From positions 27,135 to 91,134 of IMG/VR virus record IMGVR_UViG_3300011189_000006: 64,000 nt of DNA. One strand, written 5' to 3'. The notes beneath the pieces are model-generated. The model had not been told where the DNA came from, did no database searches, and saw only the letters and a list, made by a program, of their open reading frames with translations. Positions 18,798-29,838 of this stretch are shown piece after piece. Made by a program: the position numbers and the translations under genes. The number at the start of each line of letters is the position of its first letter. The stretch's first letter is position 1. The DNA is from a virus.

Positions 18798-20585
18798 TTA
18801 TAAGTCGGTCTCTTTTGTTGATGCACCGTTTTGGGATGGTGGGAGTGTTGGTCCAACCGAATCAGGATCTGTTGATGCACGAATACCAACTGGTAAATTA
18901 TTAGTAGCACCATTACTTGTAGTTGTAGTATTTGTATTAGTAGTTTGGCTACTGATAACCTCTGTCCCAGTCACATTTTCTACTTGATTAACATTATCTT
19001 CAGTATTAAAGAAGTAACCACCACCATCAACATATTCACCATCCCCATTTGGTGGTGTGGATATATCTGATAAGTAATCTTTTCTAGTATTTATAGTCCT
19101 TAAATATCCTGTATTAAATTTAGCTAGTATTTCTTGAAGCCCTAATGGTCTAGCATTTGTAAGAGTGAACCCAACTGTTATATCAGATGGTAAATCATTG
19201 AATGATAATGTTGGTCCTAGTTTTAAATTCACTCTATCAGTATACATATCACCAGAACAAAATATTGGTCTAAGTGGATTACCTACTGTTATATGCCATG
19301 GTGTAGATGGTAAGCCTGATAAGGCATGTGTTATACCTAATAATTGAACTCTATATTTTTGAATAGTTTTAGAAATAGAATCACTTATGGCATCAAACAA
19401 TCCAGCAGCATTACCAGCAGCATCAGTAATAGCATCTAAACCAGCTTCAGCATTACCTTCTATTATATTGTTCACTAAATTAACTACTTTACTTTTTATT
19501 TCCTCAAAACTTTCTGTAATCGCTACTATTATTTCACCTATAAGGCTAGATATACCATTTTTACCAGTCCATCTATTTATATTGTTGGCAAAGTTAGACG
19601 ATAAGCCATAGTTTGTACTATTTGATGTACCAAAAGATGTAGCATTAGATACTATATCCATCCATGCAATAGTTGGATCTATACCTGATATAAACTTTTG
19701 TTCATACTTAACAACCATTTTTATAGATACGGTACATGATAGTCCACTACCATTTTCTCCATAACCAATTGTTTTTCTTCTCTTAGCCATTTTTATTATA
19801 TTAGGATTCCCAGTTGGTAAAGGTTGGTCATTGTTATCTAGTATTCCTAGTTTAGCCAAGAAGTCCCTTTGTAAATTCTCAGTAAATCCTGCTAATGGTA
19901 TGAAGTTAATTCCACTACCCATTCCACTACCTGCACCACCAATGCTAAAATCCTGACCTAGATTATTTATAACCTTTGTAAAGTCAGCATCTGCATCCTC
20001 CCATTTCTCACCAAAATCTATGTCTAGGAAATCTTCGCTTTGTGGCTTCCACCCAATCAGTACTGATAGTGGTGGTGTTCCACCTTTATCTAATATATTA
20101 TCCTTCATTGGTTTATCAAATCGCCTAGCTATCATTAATCTATTATTTGGAAAAACTCCTATATCTTTTAGATATGCAAAGTCTTGTGCTCTTAAAGCAG
20201 CCTTGCTAGAGAATGATAATTTTTCTATTATGTTTAAAATACTAGTATCATATATATCATCATTGTGTAGTACACTTCTATTCAATGTGTTGTATGAAGA
20301 ATCAAATCCAGTAGAATCTTGATCTGTACCTATTTTTCCGATATTCCCCCAAAATTGTGGTATTGAACGACCTGTGAATAGTGAAACTCTTGACTGTATG
20401 GGATTACCATCACTATCTAGATTAGATGATGATTGTTTTCTACCAGCATTATAATCATTAACATTGACATTTCTGGTAGCACCGCCTGTGAAATTAGATA
20501 TCCCATCACGTGTTGGCCCACTCCTAGTAACCAAACCAAGCGGAGATCCACCTAATACTGGGGATATATTTACACTATTAGCCAT
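18798..20585 (-). CDS. Putative baseplate/tail structural protein
   Basis: PWHITVGNPLRPI...LGPTLSFNDLP...FTL; upstream of the gp53-like gene. Confidence 0.55.
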   Translation of the reverse strand: MANSVNISPVLGGSPLGLVTRSGPTRDGISNFTGGATRNVNVNDYNAGRKQSSSNLDSDGNPIQSRVSLFTGRSIPQFWGNIGKIGTDQDSTGFDSSYNTLNRSVLHNDDIYDTSILNIIEKLSFSSKAALRAQDFAYLKDIGVFPNNRLMIARRFDKPMKDNILDKGGTPPLSVLIGWKPQSEDFLDIDFGEKWEDADADFTKVINNLGQDFSIGGAGSGMGSGINFIPLAGFTENLQRDFLAKLGILDNNDQPLPTGNPNIIKMAKRRKTIGYGENGSGLSCTVSIKMVVKYEQKFISGIDPTIAWMDIVSNATSFGTSNSTNYGLSSNFANNINRWTGKNGISSLIGEIIVAITESFEEIKSKVVNLVNNIIEGNAEAGLDAITDAAGNAAGLFDAISDSISKTIQKYRVQLLGITHALSGLPSTPWHITVGNPLRPIFCSGDMYTDRVNLKLGPTLSFNDLPSDITVGFTLTNARPLGLQEILAKFNTGYLRTINTRKDYLSDISTPPNGDGEYVDGGGYFFNTEDNVNQVENVTGTEVISSQTTNTNTTTTSNGATNNLPVGIRASTDPDSVGPTLPPSQNGASTKETDL

Positions 20586-20618
20586 TCTTTTGTATAATTT
20601 TATTTATATATTAAAGAC

Positions 20619-21008
20619 TTAGTAATCTCTAACTATTTGTGAGTTAGAAAACTTTGATAGATTAGACAAGACATTGTCTATTATTTTAGGATTTTTTCTG
20701 AATTCGTTATAAAATATTAGGACATTGAAGTTATTATCTCCCAATATTTTTTTAAGGTTTAATAATTTTTCTACAGAAAATTCTTTCTCAAAGTCTGGTA
20801 TGTAGTAAATATCTTTATTTTTATCAATAGCCTGTTGAATTTTATTAAATATTAGTATTTTTAAATATGTTTTATCTTTCTTAAAATCAACATCTTCATC
20901 ATCCACTATTTTTTTTATATCTACTATGTATTTATTCTTTATCTTATTAACTTTTACAAACTTGTCAAATTTCTTTCTGGTTTTACAATATACACAAAAA
21001 AAGTCCAT
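20619..21008 (-). CDS. Hypothetical protein
   Basis: ORF track. Confidence 0.65.
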   Translation of the reverse strand: MDFFCVYCKTRKKFDKFVKVNKIKNKYIVDIKKIVDDEDVDFKKDKTYLKILIFNKIQQAIDKNKDIYYIPDFEKEFSVEKLLNLKKILGDNNFNVLIFYNEFRKNPKIIDNVLSNLSKFSNSQIVRDY

Positions 21009-21130
21009 TCAATCTTACATTATTTTACATATATATTTGTATTATAGCCTTCCCTCAATAGAGTGTGATTAAACATTATTAATATATAATATATAATAAC
21101 TATTAGCCACCAAATAAATCAAGGTCTATT

Positions 21131-22738
21131 ATGATAAAAAGCAAAGAAGTTAGAATAAAAGCAAATACAAGGAATATTAAAAGATTAAGAGAATGTAAGA
21201 ATAAAGATTTAAAAATAGGGGATTATTTGGATATACCAATATCTTTTCTAACTAGTGGTAGTCATCAGAAAGTTAGTTGTATATGTGATGTATGTGGTAA
21301 AGAGACACAGATAATGTATCAAAAATATATTAAAAATATATCTAATGCTGGTTATTATTCTTGTAGTTCAAAGTGTTCACAAGATAAGGTTAAGAAAACC
21401 TCTAAAGAGAATTGGGGTGTAGAACATTATTCTAAAACAAATGAGTATGAAAGCAGAGTTAAGAAAACTAATTTAGATAAATATGATAACGAATATTATT
21501 TAAGTTCTAAGAAAGGTAAACAAGTTATAAAACAATCTGTTCTTACTAAATATGGTGTTGATAATGTTTTCTCAAATAAAAAGATAATTGATAAAATAAA
21601 GAAAACTAACATAAAGAAATATGGTGTTGATAATCCATCAAAGTCAAATATTGTTAAGGATAAAATAGGTAAAAAAAGTAAAGAAAATTGGATTAAACAG
21701 TATAAAAATCATTATAAAGATAAATATGACTTAGATGTTATATCCCTTGATAATAGTATATATGATATTGTTTGTGAATCTTGTAATAAGACATTTAGTA
21801 TAAATAAATTTTTATTATCAAACAGGCTTCAATTAAACATGGATATATGTACATTATGCAATCCACTACTATCTTCTAAATCAAGCTATGAATCAAAAGT
21901 TTTAAACTTTTTGGAAAGTATATATGATGGTCAGATATTAACAAATACTAGAGGGATAATAAAGCCATTAGAATTAGACTTTTATATCCCAGACCTAAAA
22001 ATAGCTATTGAGTTTAATGGATTATATTGGCACAATGAGATGCATAAACCAAAAGATTACCATTTTAATAAACACAAAATGTGTAAAGATTTAGGAATTG
22101 AATTATTTCAAATTTGGGAAGATGATTGGTTATACAAAAACGATATAATTAAATCTGTTATAAAGAATAAGTTAGGAAAAAATGTAGAGAATAAAATCTT
22201 TGGAAGAAAGTGTAAGGTAGAATATGTTCCTAGCAAAATAGCTAACCGCTTTTTAGAGGATAACCACCTAAAGGGTAGTTCTAAATCTAAGACAAACATT
22301 GGTCTTTATTATAATAATGATTTGGTAAGTCTTATGTCGTTTGGTAGAAATAGAGTATTTATGAATAAGAATAGCATGGATGTTTATGAATTACATAGAT
22401 TTTGCAATAAAATAAACCATTCTGTTATTGGTGGTGCATCAAAATTATTAAAATTTTTTAAAAATAATTTTGATTTTAAAGAACTTATCTCATATTATGA
22501 CAAGTCTTTCGGATTTAAATCTTTCTACGAGAGTATTGGATTTGAATTTATAAAAGAAACTAGCATTAACTACCACTATATAAAGAGAGGTATCAGACTA
22601 CATCGTTATAATTTTAACAAAGCTAAACTAGTAAAATTAGGATATGATCCAAACATGACAGAGAATGAAATAACTAAATCTATGGGAATCTACAAAATAT
22701 ATGGTGTTGGTAATTACAAATATTCAATTAGCAAATGA
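21131..22738 (+). CDS. Free-standing homing endonuclease-like protein (KYGVDN repeats, Zn fingers, PD-(D/E)XK/Vsr-like domain)
   Basis: CDVC and CESC; repeated KYGVDN; ELDFYIPDLKIAIEFNGLYWH; IWEDDW. Confidence 0.8.
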   Translation: MIKSKEVRIKANTRNIKRLRECKNKDLKIGDYLDIPISFLTSGSHQKVSCICDVCGKETQIMYQKYIKNISNAGYYSCSSKCSQDKVKKTSKENWGVEHYSKTNEYESRVKKTNLDKYDNEYYLSSKKGKQVIKQSVLTKYGVDNVFSNKKIIDKIKKTNIKKYGVDNPSKSNIVKDKIGKKSKENWIKQYKNHYKDKYDLDVISLDNSIYDIVCESCNKTFSINKFLLSNRLQLNMDICTLCNPLLSSKSSYESKVLNFLESIYDGQILTNTRGIIKPLELDFYIPDLKIAIEFNGLYWHNEMHKPKDYHFNKHKMCKDLGIELFQIWEDDWLYKNDIIKSVIKNKLGKNVENKIFGRKCKVEYVPSKIANRFLEDNHLKGSSKSKTNIGLYYNNDLVSLMSFGRNRVFMNKNSMDVYELHRFCNKINHSVIGGASKLLKFFKNNFDFKELISYYDKSFGFKSFYESIGFEFIKETSINYHYIKRGIRLHRYNFNKAKLVKLGYDPNMTENEITKSMGIYKIYGVGNYKYSISK

Positions 22739-22786
22739 TATACGTGAACATCAACAAACCACGTTTGTCTTTTTAATATATATGAT

Positions 22787-24175
22787 ATGGAAAAATATTC
22801 GGACAAGTTTTTAAATCATTCACATAAGCTAAAAGATAGTGTTATTGGTATGGAATTTGAATTTTATATGAAAGAAATGTCATACTATAAAACAATAGAA
22901 ATGCTTAACAAAGAATTAAGCCCAGTGAAGGTATGGGGTTTTAGACAGTATCACTCTAGCTTTAAACCAGATTTTAACAATTTTAAGATAGAACCAGACT
23001 TATCTGGTGGTTCAAATATGGTAGAATTAGTAACTGGTCCAATGAATTATTACGATGCTAAGTATTTTTTAGTTAAAATAGTAAAGTTTATACAAAATTA
23101 TGGATATACAAATGAGAAATGTTCATTACACTTTAATGTTTCTTTTAATGATGATGAGATAGATCTAAAGGATATAAACATTCTTAAATTGATTTTAAAT
23201 ACTGATGAGGAAGAAATATACAGAGCATATCCTTCTAGAAAGAACAATGTATATGCTAAGTCTGTTAAAAACGTCATTCCTTTTAAAGAGTATGATTTTT
23301 TTAATATTCCATTATCTGTTGTTAAAAATAACATGAGACTACCTAGTGATAAATATTACGGTGTTAATGTTCTAAATATTAACTCACCAAGGGATGAACA
23401 AAGGGTAGAATATCGTTACATTGGTGGTGATGATTATGAGAAAAATTTAGGACAAATAATATATTTTATGGAACGTTTTGTTATTAGTGTGAGGGATAGT
23501 ATAACACTACCTTTTAATAACGAAGATAAAAATAAGCTAGAAGATTATTTAGAAGAAAACATATCATCATATAAGAACTTATCTAGTTATGATAATTTCA
23601 TTGTTGAGCTTCCTAAGATACAAATACAAATTGATCAGAATAGTAATTATGATGTAGTAAACTCCTATTATACTAGTATTTATGATAAGATTTATAATTT
23701 CATAAAATCTTGTGATGAATTAAAAGAAGGTATAATGAATTACGTTACACAAACCCAATCATTAGAAATAATAGATGCTGATATAAAAGCAACATCTACT
23801 ATAAAAACTGTTGATTTGGTTAACTGCACACTAACTGGCATATTCTATGATTGTTATATAGTAGGTTCTGAACTTATGAACTCTCAGATAACAAGATCAA
23901 AATTATATCAAAGTGATGCATATAAAAGTAAAATTCTAAATTGTAATATAGAGACTTCAACATTAGAGGATTGCTATTTCGTAGAGGGGTACTTAAATGG
24001 TGATATGAGAGGAGGTGTTTATCGCTCTGGTAAATTAGGTCCTTATGCAAGTATGGATTCTAATGTAAAAGTTATTGATAACGATAGGAATTTCTTTGAT
24101 ACCAAGTTTAACTCAGAAGATGACAAGGCTAGTGATAAAAAAGGACTTAGTGTGTTTGGTAAAGATTTTAAATAA
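22787..24175 (+). CDS. Putative amidoligase (COOH-NH2 ligase family)
   Basis: GMEFE, EPDLS, ELVTGP, CSLHFN, KYYGVN, VEYRYIGG. Confidence 0.75.
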   Translation: MEKYSDKFLNHSHKLKDSVIGMEFEFYMKEMSYYKTIEMLNKELSPVKVWGFRQYHSSFKPDFNNFKIEPDLSGGSNMVELVTGPMNYYDAKYFLVKIVKFIQNYGYTNEKCSLHFNVSFNDDEIDLKDINILKLILNTDEEEIYRAYPSRKNNVYAKSVKNVIPFKEYDFFNIPLSVVKNNMRLPSDKYYGVNVLNINSPRDEQRVEYRYIGGDDYEKNLGQIIYFMERFVISVRDSITLPFNNEDKNKLEDYLEENISSYKNLSSYDNFIVELPKIQIQIDQNSNYDVVNSYYTSIYDKIYNFIKSCDELKEGIMNYVTQTQSLEIIDADIKATSTIKTVDLVNCTLTGIFYDCYIVGSELMNSQITRSKLYQSDAYKSKILNCNIETSTLEDCYFVEGYLNGDMRGGVYRSGKLGPYASMDSNVKVIDNDRNFFDTKFNSEDDKASDKKGLSVFGKDFK

Positions 24176-24243
24176 TTTTAAATAATTCTATAAATTACTA
24201 AACAAATTGCCTTTTTTGTATATAACTAAGAAACAATTTAATT

Positions 24244-24681
24244 ATGATAGAAAATGGAAAATTAGTTTCAGTTCACTACACTGGAAAAGTAAAAGGTAGC
24301 GAAGAAGCATTTGATAGTTCAAAAGATAGAGACCCACTTAAATTTCAAGTTGGATCTGGACAAATTATACCAGGATTTGAGAAATCTATTCTAGGTAAAA
24401 ATGTAGGAGATAAGGTAACTATTGATGTATCTTCAGAAGAAGGATATGGAAGTATTCGTGAAGATCTTTATGCAAAAGTAAATCAAGATCAATTACCAGG
24501 TGATGTAACAGTTGGGCAACAACTACAAGCACAATCAGATAATGGTCAACCAGTTAACGTTGTGGTAAAAGAAGTCAATGAAGACCATGTCTTAGTTGAT
24601 GCAAATCATCCATTAGCGGGTAAAGATTTAACTTTTGATATTGAAGTATTAACAGTAGAAAATGTAGAAAAAGAGGATTAA
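24244..24681 (+). CDS. FKBP-type peptidyl-prolyl isomerase (SlyD-like)
   Basis: VSVHYTG, FDSS, GQIIPGFE, DANHPLAGKDLTFDIEV. Confidence 0.95.
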   Translation: MIENGKLVSVHYTGKVKGSEEAFDSSKDRDPLKFQVGSGQIIPGFEKSILGKNVGDKVTIDVSSEEGYGSIREDLYAKVNQDQLPGDVTVGQQLQAQSDNGQPVNVVVKEVNEDHVLVDANHPLAGKDLTFDIEVLTVENVEKED

Positions 24682-24701
24682 TAATCCTTAATATCTAGTA
24701 C

Positions 24702-24735
24702 AAAAAAAGCTTGTGGAAACACAAGCTTTTTTTTT
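24702..24735. terminator. Bidirectional rho-independent terminator
   Basis: aaaaaaagcttgtg-gaaa-cacaagcttttttttt between convergent genes. Confidence 0.9.
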
Positions 24736-24748
24736 GTTAATAAAATAA

Positions 24749-24946
24749 TTAATAGTTAGGTGCTACTTTAATAACTTCTACGTAGTCATTATGCCACCCC
24801 CTAAATAGGTTCTTTTTTCTAAGGGAATGGACAGAGATATCTAGTGCAGTAGAATCGTGTTTTTTATATAACTTACCTAGGTTAGTAAATACTTCAATTC
24901 TACCAGTTAGTTTCCACCTAAGACATATAACACTTGCATTTCTCAT
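24749..24946 (-). CDS. Hypothetical protein
   Basis: ORF coupled to the upstream gene. Confidence 0.6.
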   Translation of the reverse strand: MRNASVICLRWKLTGRIEVFTNLGKLYKKHDSTALDISVHSLRKKNLFRGWHNDYVEVIKVAPNY

Positions 24947-25545
24947 TATATAATTATTGATTTACTATTAGTACCAATCTTTATACCATCTGTTGTCTCT
25001 CCACTTAGTATTTCATCCTTAGATATTAATCTTATATTTGGCTTATTTTCCATTGATAAGAATATTTCTCTTGCTTTTGATATATTAAACTTTATTTTAA
25101 AAATATCAAAGTACATAAAATTTTCAAATCCTTCCCTATCTGTTTTTATTTTTTCAGATTTAATATACTCACTAGCATAATCCTCCTTAGACAAAGAACT
25201 AAATACACCTTCCTCATCTACCATCTCTTCAATCATTTCTCTATCAACACTAAACTCTCTATTGCCCTTTTTACTAAACCATATTTCAAAAAGATCTATA
25301 TTATCTTTTTCCATAAACAATCTCAAGTCGGGTTCTTTTCTCTCATACTCAACACCAATATTGTCCAGAAATACACTGGCTTCTTTATCATACTCTAAAG
25401 CACCACCAAATGGTGTAAAGACTTGATATCCCTTGGATAGTTGGCTTTTGTTTAGACAAAGGAGGTAATCATCTCCCATTTTTATAGATGCAAATGATGC
25501 ACAAGATACTCTTACTTTATTTTCCATATTTTTCGTATAATTCAT
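24946..25545 (-). CDS. SMODS-associated NUDIX-like protein
   Basis: RVSCA...I....YLL...FTPFGG...DLR...WF...RE...REMIEE pattern. Confidence 0.65.
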   Translation of the reverse strand: MNYTKNMENKVRVSCASFASIKMGDDYLLCLNKSQLSKGYQVFTPFGGALEYDKEASVFLDNIGVEYERKEPDLRLFMEKDNIDLFEIWFSKKGNREFSVDREMIEEMVDEEGVFSSLSKEDYASEYIKSEKIKTDREGFENFMYFDIFKIKFNISKAREIFLSMENKPNIRLISKDEILSGETTDGIKIGTNSKSIII

Positions 25546-26251
25546 TGACCCCTAATAGTCGGTGTATAGTACCATCTATTTCTGTTACTTTACTAGCATG
25601 AAAGTGTCCGTAATAATGATTCGCTATTTTGTTATTTTGCTTTATAATTCTAAATGCTTCTGTTATAAGATACCTCTCTGTGTGTAAATCTGTCTTCAGC
25701 ATATCATCATTCATTGCCATGTTATCCACAAATATCCCAAACCCATGTGTAGTATCTGGATAACAGTACACAGGTGATGTGTGTGTCACGATAGTATCTA
25801 TGCCTCTTATACTAGATAGTATTTCTTCATTTAATTCAAAGCTCTCATCACCCCACCAACTCTTTTGGACTCTATTTTTATCGGCTATTATTCTACTAAC
25901 TCTGTCTACACTTATTGCACCACCCATAAAGAGTATATTTTTGGATGATATATTAATCACTGAATAATCCTTTACAAAAGTTATGTTAGTAAAGCCAAAT
26001 GAGTCATTGTCAAAATATGGCTTGTAATCGTGGTTTCCTCTTATTGCATATAGATTTATACATCTTTCGTATAAATCATCATTGAGAGATGATAGTAATT
26101 CATTCTCATTATTAAAATCAGTAAATCCAATACCAAAATCTCCAACTTGTATGATATTAGCATTATTTATATCATATCGATTAATTAAATCAGTTATGAC
26201 ATAATACTTTCTATGTATATCTCCCAAAAAAAGCAATCTTTTTTCTTGCAT
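25517..26251 (-). CDS. Calcineurin-like metallophosphoesterase
   Basis: GDIH, QVGDFG, RGNHD, GGAISVD, THT, GHFH. Confidence 0.92.
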   Translation of the reverse strand: MQEKRLLFLGDIHRKYYVITDLINRYDINNANIIQVGDFGIGFTDFNNENELLSSLNDDLYERCINLYAIRGNHDYKPYFDNDSFGFTNITFVKDYSVINISSKNILFMGGAISVDRVSRIIADKNRVQKSWWGDESFELNEEILSSIRGIDTIVTHTSPVYCYPDTTHGFGIFVDNMAMNDDMLKTDLHTERYLITEAFRIIKQNNKIANHYYGHFHASKVTEIDGTIHRLLGVNELYEKYGK

Positions 26252-26268
26252 AATTATTATATTATTTT

Positions 26269-26637
26269 TTATGTCAAAGTTTCAAAAATCCTAGATAAAT
26301 TAAAATCTCTAGTTATACATTTGATACTTTTACCACTTAATGGTATATATGCTTCAATCAATCCTTCTATTTCATATATAGCATCTAAGTTTAGTGTATA
26401 AACCACATCATGTATTATATGTTTATATCTTGATGCTATGATAACACCAACTATAAGATTATCTGAGTTTCTTTTTGTCCAAGTATCAATACTAACCCAG
26501 AAATGACCACATAATATTTTGTGCGATGTACCCACATTGTACATCTTTCCATCTATTTTAATAACTTTAATAGCTTTGTTACAAATAAATCCGTTACTCA
26601 ATAAGTAATCGCTTAAAATTTTTAATGATATTTCCAT
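26269..26637 (-). CDS. Hypothetical protein
   Basis: ORF track; C-terminal RDFNLSRI. Confidence 0.65.
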   Translation of the reverse strand: MEISLKILSDYLLSNGFICNKAIKVIKIDGKMYNVGTSHKILCGHFWVSIDTWTKRNSDNLIVGVIIASRYKHIIHDVVYTLNLDAIYEIEGLIEAYIPLSGKSIKCITRDFNLSRIFETLT

Positions 26638-26652
26638 ATTAATATATAGCTT

Positions 26653-27603
26653 ATGATAACATGCAAATATAACGAATTTTTACTAGACAAGGAATTTAAT
26701 ACCATATTATTTGAAACTTTATTTATTTTAGAGACTAAAGGAGAGTGGGTGGATAACAATACATACGAATGGAATATGGAAAAGAAATCAAAACTAAAAA
26801 AGTTTTTAGAAAAACTTCCTAAGAGTAGCTTAAAGAAATACTTTTATAAACTTATGTCTAGTCTAAAAAAATTACCAAAGAACAAAAGAAAAAGACTGGT
26901 ATTATCTTTATCAACATTATTCTTTACATTTGCTAGCATAAGCTTCTATTTACCAGATGGTGATATAGATAAGGATTATGTTGAAGCTAATGATAGAGAC
27001 TTCTATAAAGAACTTTCTAATACTATAAAAGAATTTAGTAAAGTTGTTATCACTAAAGCTAAGTTCACAACTGCACAGAAGTATGTAAAGGAAATAGAAA
27101 AGGGTTATTCTAATGACAGAGGTGACTATGGTAATTTTGTAAAGACTGCTTATGGAAAAAGGTTTGTTGGTAGTAATTACGGTATATCAGCACCAGTTTT
27201 AATGGAGTATACAAACAAATTACCAAGTAAGGAGGATATGATTAATCTAAAGTATACAACTGCTTTAGATATATATAAAAAAAAGTATTGGGAACGACAG
27301 AACTTAGATAGCCTTAATAACCAATCAATAGCTAATATAATATATGATGGCTGTGTTAACCAAGGAATAAATGGTATGAGAAAAATATTAAGAAAGGCAT
27401 TTAATGAAAACTCAATACCAATAACATCTAGCGAAAATCCGTTTAGTGAAGATTTCTTAAATCTAGTAAATGAAGTTGATTCACAAAAGCTCTTTAATTC
27501 CATAAAGAAAGAGAGAATAGCAAAATATAAAGTATCTAGAACCTTCAAAAGACATGGGAAAGGATGGCTTAAAAGAGTAAATTCTATAAAGTATAGTGAT
27601 TAA
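26653..27603 (+). CDS. GH108-family lysozyme with N-terminal extension
   Basis: EKGYSND..D.G, NYGIS, IYKKKYW, D.CVNQG, GWLKRV. Confidence 0.8.
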   Translation: MITCKYNEFLLDKEFNTILFETLFILETKGEWVDNNTYEWNMEKKSKLKKFLEKLPKSSLKKYFYKLMSSLKKLPKNKRKRLVLSLSTLFFTFASISFYLPDGDIDKDYVEANDRDFYKELSNTIKEFSKVVITKAKFTTAQKYVKEIEKGYSNDRGDYGNFVKTAYGKRFVGSNYGISAPVLMEYTNKLPSKEDMINLKYTTALDIYKKKYWERQNLDSLNNQSIANIIYDGCVNQGINGMRKILRKAFNENSIPITSSENPFSEDFLNLVNEVDSQKLFNSIKKERIAKYKVSRTFKRHGKGWLKRVNSIKYSD

Positions 27604-27617
27604 CTAATATTTTTTTA

Positions 27618-27625
27618 TATATTTG
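27618..27625 (+). promoter_or_regulatory. Bacteroidota-type sigma-A -7 element TATATTTG (representative copy)
   Basis: The same motif occurs upstream of genes at 28783, 29686, 30954, 36723, 53961, 59467, 62252 and 63114, and on the minus strand at 42847, 43995 and 50482. Confidence 0.75.
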
Positions 27626-27637
27626 TAAAAAAATATT

Positions 27638-28246
27638 ATGAAAGTCTATCTTACTATGTTACCAATCTATATATTTTTCATTTTAATTAAAAATATAGGA
27701 AAAACTATCCTTATAACACTCACTATTCTGTCTTATTGTTTTGCTGGTAGTTTTACGGATGATGTTTATGTTAGGAGTGTTATAGAGGAAGTAGAAGTTC
27801 CTACTGGATATGTATATGTATACCATGATGCTAACAATACTGATGGTGTTTCTACTATATTTTTAGAAGAAAAGGTTGATATTAACAAGGGAACTATAAC
27901 ATATGAAAGCTACGGGGGTCTTAATATTATTTTGTGGGTCTTATTTGCTTTCTTAGTAATAATAACTATTATAATTTTGGTAGATGATGGCGTAGGTGAT
28001 GGCTATGAACTAGATGATGCCTTGAAAAGAACTGTTGTTTTCTTTACAAGGTCAACTATGAACAGAGATAGCATAGATTACATAGTTCTGGATAGATTCC
28101 TACTCAGGACAGACGATATGAATACTACCAGTCAATATAATATAACTAGAAATATATATAATATAGGTGATGTAATGAGACTTCCTAAATATAACACTAT
28201 CTTATTAGAAAGAAAAAGGAAGCTTAAAAAACTAAAAATAAGTTAA
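27638..28246 (+). CDS. Membrane protein
   Basis: Hydrophobic segments; C-terminal ERKRKLKKL. Confidence 0.7.
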   Translation: MKVYLTMLPIYIFFILIKNIGKTILITLTILSYCFAGSFTDDVYVRSVIEEVEVPTGYVYVYHDANNTDGVSTIFLEEKVDINKGTITYESYGGLNIILWVLFAFLVIITIIILVDDGVGDGYELDDALKRTVVFFTRSTMNRDSIDYIVLDRFLLRTDDMNTTSQYNITRNIYNIGDVMRLPKYNTILLERKRKLKKLKIS

Positions 28247-28735
28247 TTACAAGTATGTCAAATTCCTTGTCGATACATTAGGACTTTGAAATCCTATATG
28301 GTTTTTATCACCACCACCATCTACTAGAGACATTACTTTATCTACTATTTGAGTTGTGTTTATCCCCTTGTCATACATATCAGAAATCATATCGGGATAA
28401 GAGTCCATTATTTTATTTATTGTAATTGGTGATAAGTTTTTTTGTTTTAGATTATCTAGGACTTCAGAGAATATATCTTGTTTAGAATATATTTCATCTA
28501 TCTTTTCCATCTCATCAGCATCATCTAAATCTCTTAAATCACTTACATCAGAGGGATTTCCTTTCTTTCCTCTATCTTTTTTAAAAACAAATGAGACATC
28601 TCCACTACCAGTTGTACCAGTTTGTCCTGGTAATGCCCCTGGTTGTGCAGATACAACAGCACCCATCCCACTAGATGAATCACCACCACCTTCACCATCT
28701 TCAAAAAATTTGTTATAACTAGCTAAATACTTCAT
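28247..28735 (-). CDS. Gly/acidic-rich protein with capsid-targeting-like N-terminus
   Basis: MKYLASYNKFFED; TTAATATATA upstream. Confidence 0.7.
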   Translation of the reverse strand: MKYLASYNKFFEDGEGGGDSSSGMGAVVSAQPGALPGQTGTTGSGDVSFVFKKDRGKKGNPSDVSDLRDLDDADEMEKIDEIYSKQDIFSEVLDNLKQKNLSPITINKIMDSYPDMISDMYDKGINTTQIVDKVMSLVDGGGDKNHIGFQSPNVSTRNLTYL

Positions 28736-28948
28736 AATTTATATATTAAATAAAAATATTATGTTTATCTAAATTTTATTCTTATATTTGTACAAACAAA
28801 ATAGTTATGGCAACTGATATAGGAGATTTGAAGGAGATGGATTTTGACGAGTTTACTACTTTGTGCCTAGGTGGATTGGATTTCCGAGAAAGGAAATGCC
28901 CAATACAACACTTCATTAGAACTAATATCTTGGAATTTTGTATAAATT

Positions 28949-29169
28949 ATGATATATAAAGGATTTAGAAGCTTAAAAAAAGCAAACCACCTATAAACGT
29001 GTTGGTCGAACTACAACATAAGATTATTGGTATTGGTGCACCAGAAAGAGAAGGATGGACTAGTGTTGGTAGATTGAGACCAAATGGTAGGTTTAGCATT
29101 AAACAAAATGTTAGTAATACAGTAGATTTTAGATCACCAACACACTGGAAATTAATAATCGAAAAATGA
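28949..29169 (+). pseudogene. Frameshifted DUF551-like gene (MIYKGFRSLKK/SKPPINV...PTHWK)
   Basis: The frame continues only after a -1 shift in the A7 run at 28975-28981. Confidence 0.5.
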
Positions 29170-29838
29170 CAATAAAAATAAACTGTAAGTATAACGATAA
29201 TGGTGCTTGGTGTACCAATAAGAAAATTAAGAGGCCATTATTTGGATTAGGTGCAAGAAGATTTTACTTATCATCAACATTTAACGATTGATTATATCGA
29301 TGGAACTTATGCGGAGGGAATAGATTGTAAAGGAAATAGATGGGGAGTTCATGCAAGTGGGAACGGTGATTGTTTCAATCACAAAATAGAATTTGACTTA
29401 TTAAACAAAATAACTGATGGCAATTTTTAAACAATACATGCGAATATGAGAAAGACTAGAGAACAAAGGAGAAATGAAAGTTCTGAAAAGGTATGTAGGG
29501 AACTTAGATACCAAATGGCTAAATATGGCTTAATAGGTGATTGGGGTGCTATAAATAAACACTTTGATTGTTGGATGAATAATGCAAAGAGTAATAAGTA
29601 CAAAAGACCTTAACACTTTATATCAAAAACAAAATATATTAAGTGATATATTTTGTTTTTATTTGGTAGTCTAAATTAAATAGTATATATTTGTGCTATA
29701 ATAGAAATAATATTAAAATATATAATTATGTTAATTGGAGAAAATTGGTATTACTGGGACAAAGATTCAGAGCAATGGAAGCCAGAATCTTATAAATTTG
29801 AATTAACAAAATAAACAAATTATAAAACTAATACACTT

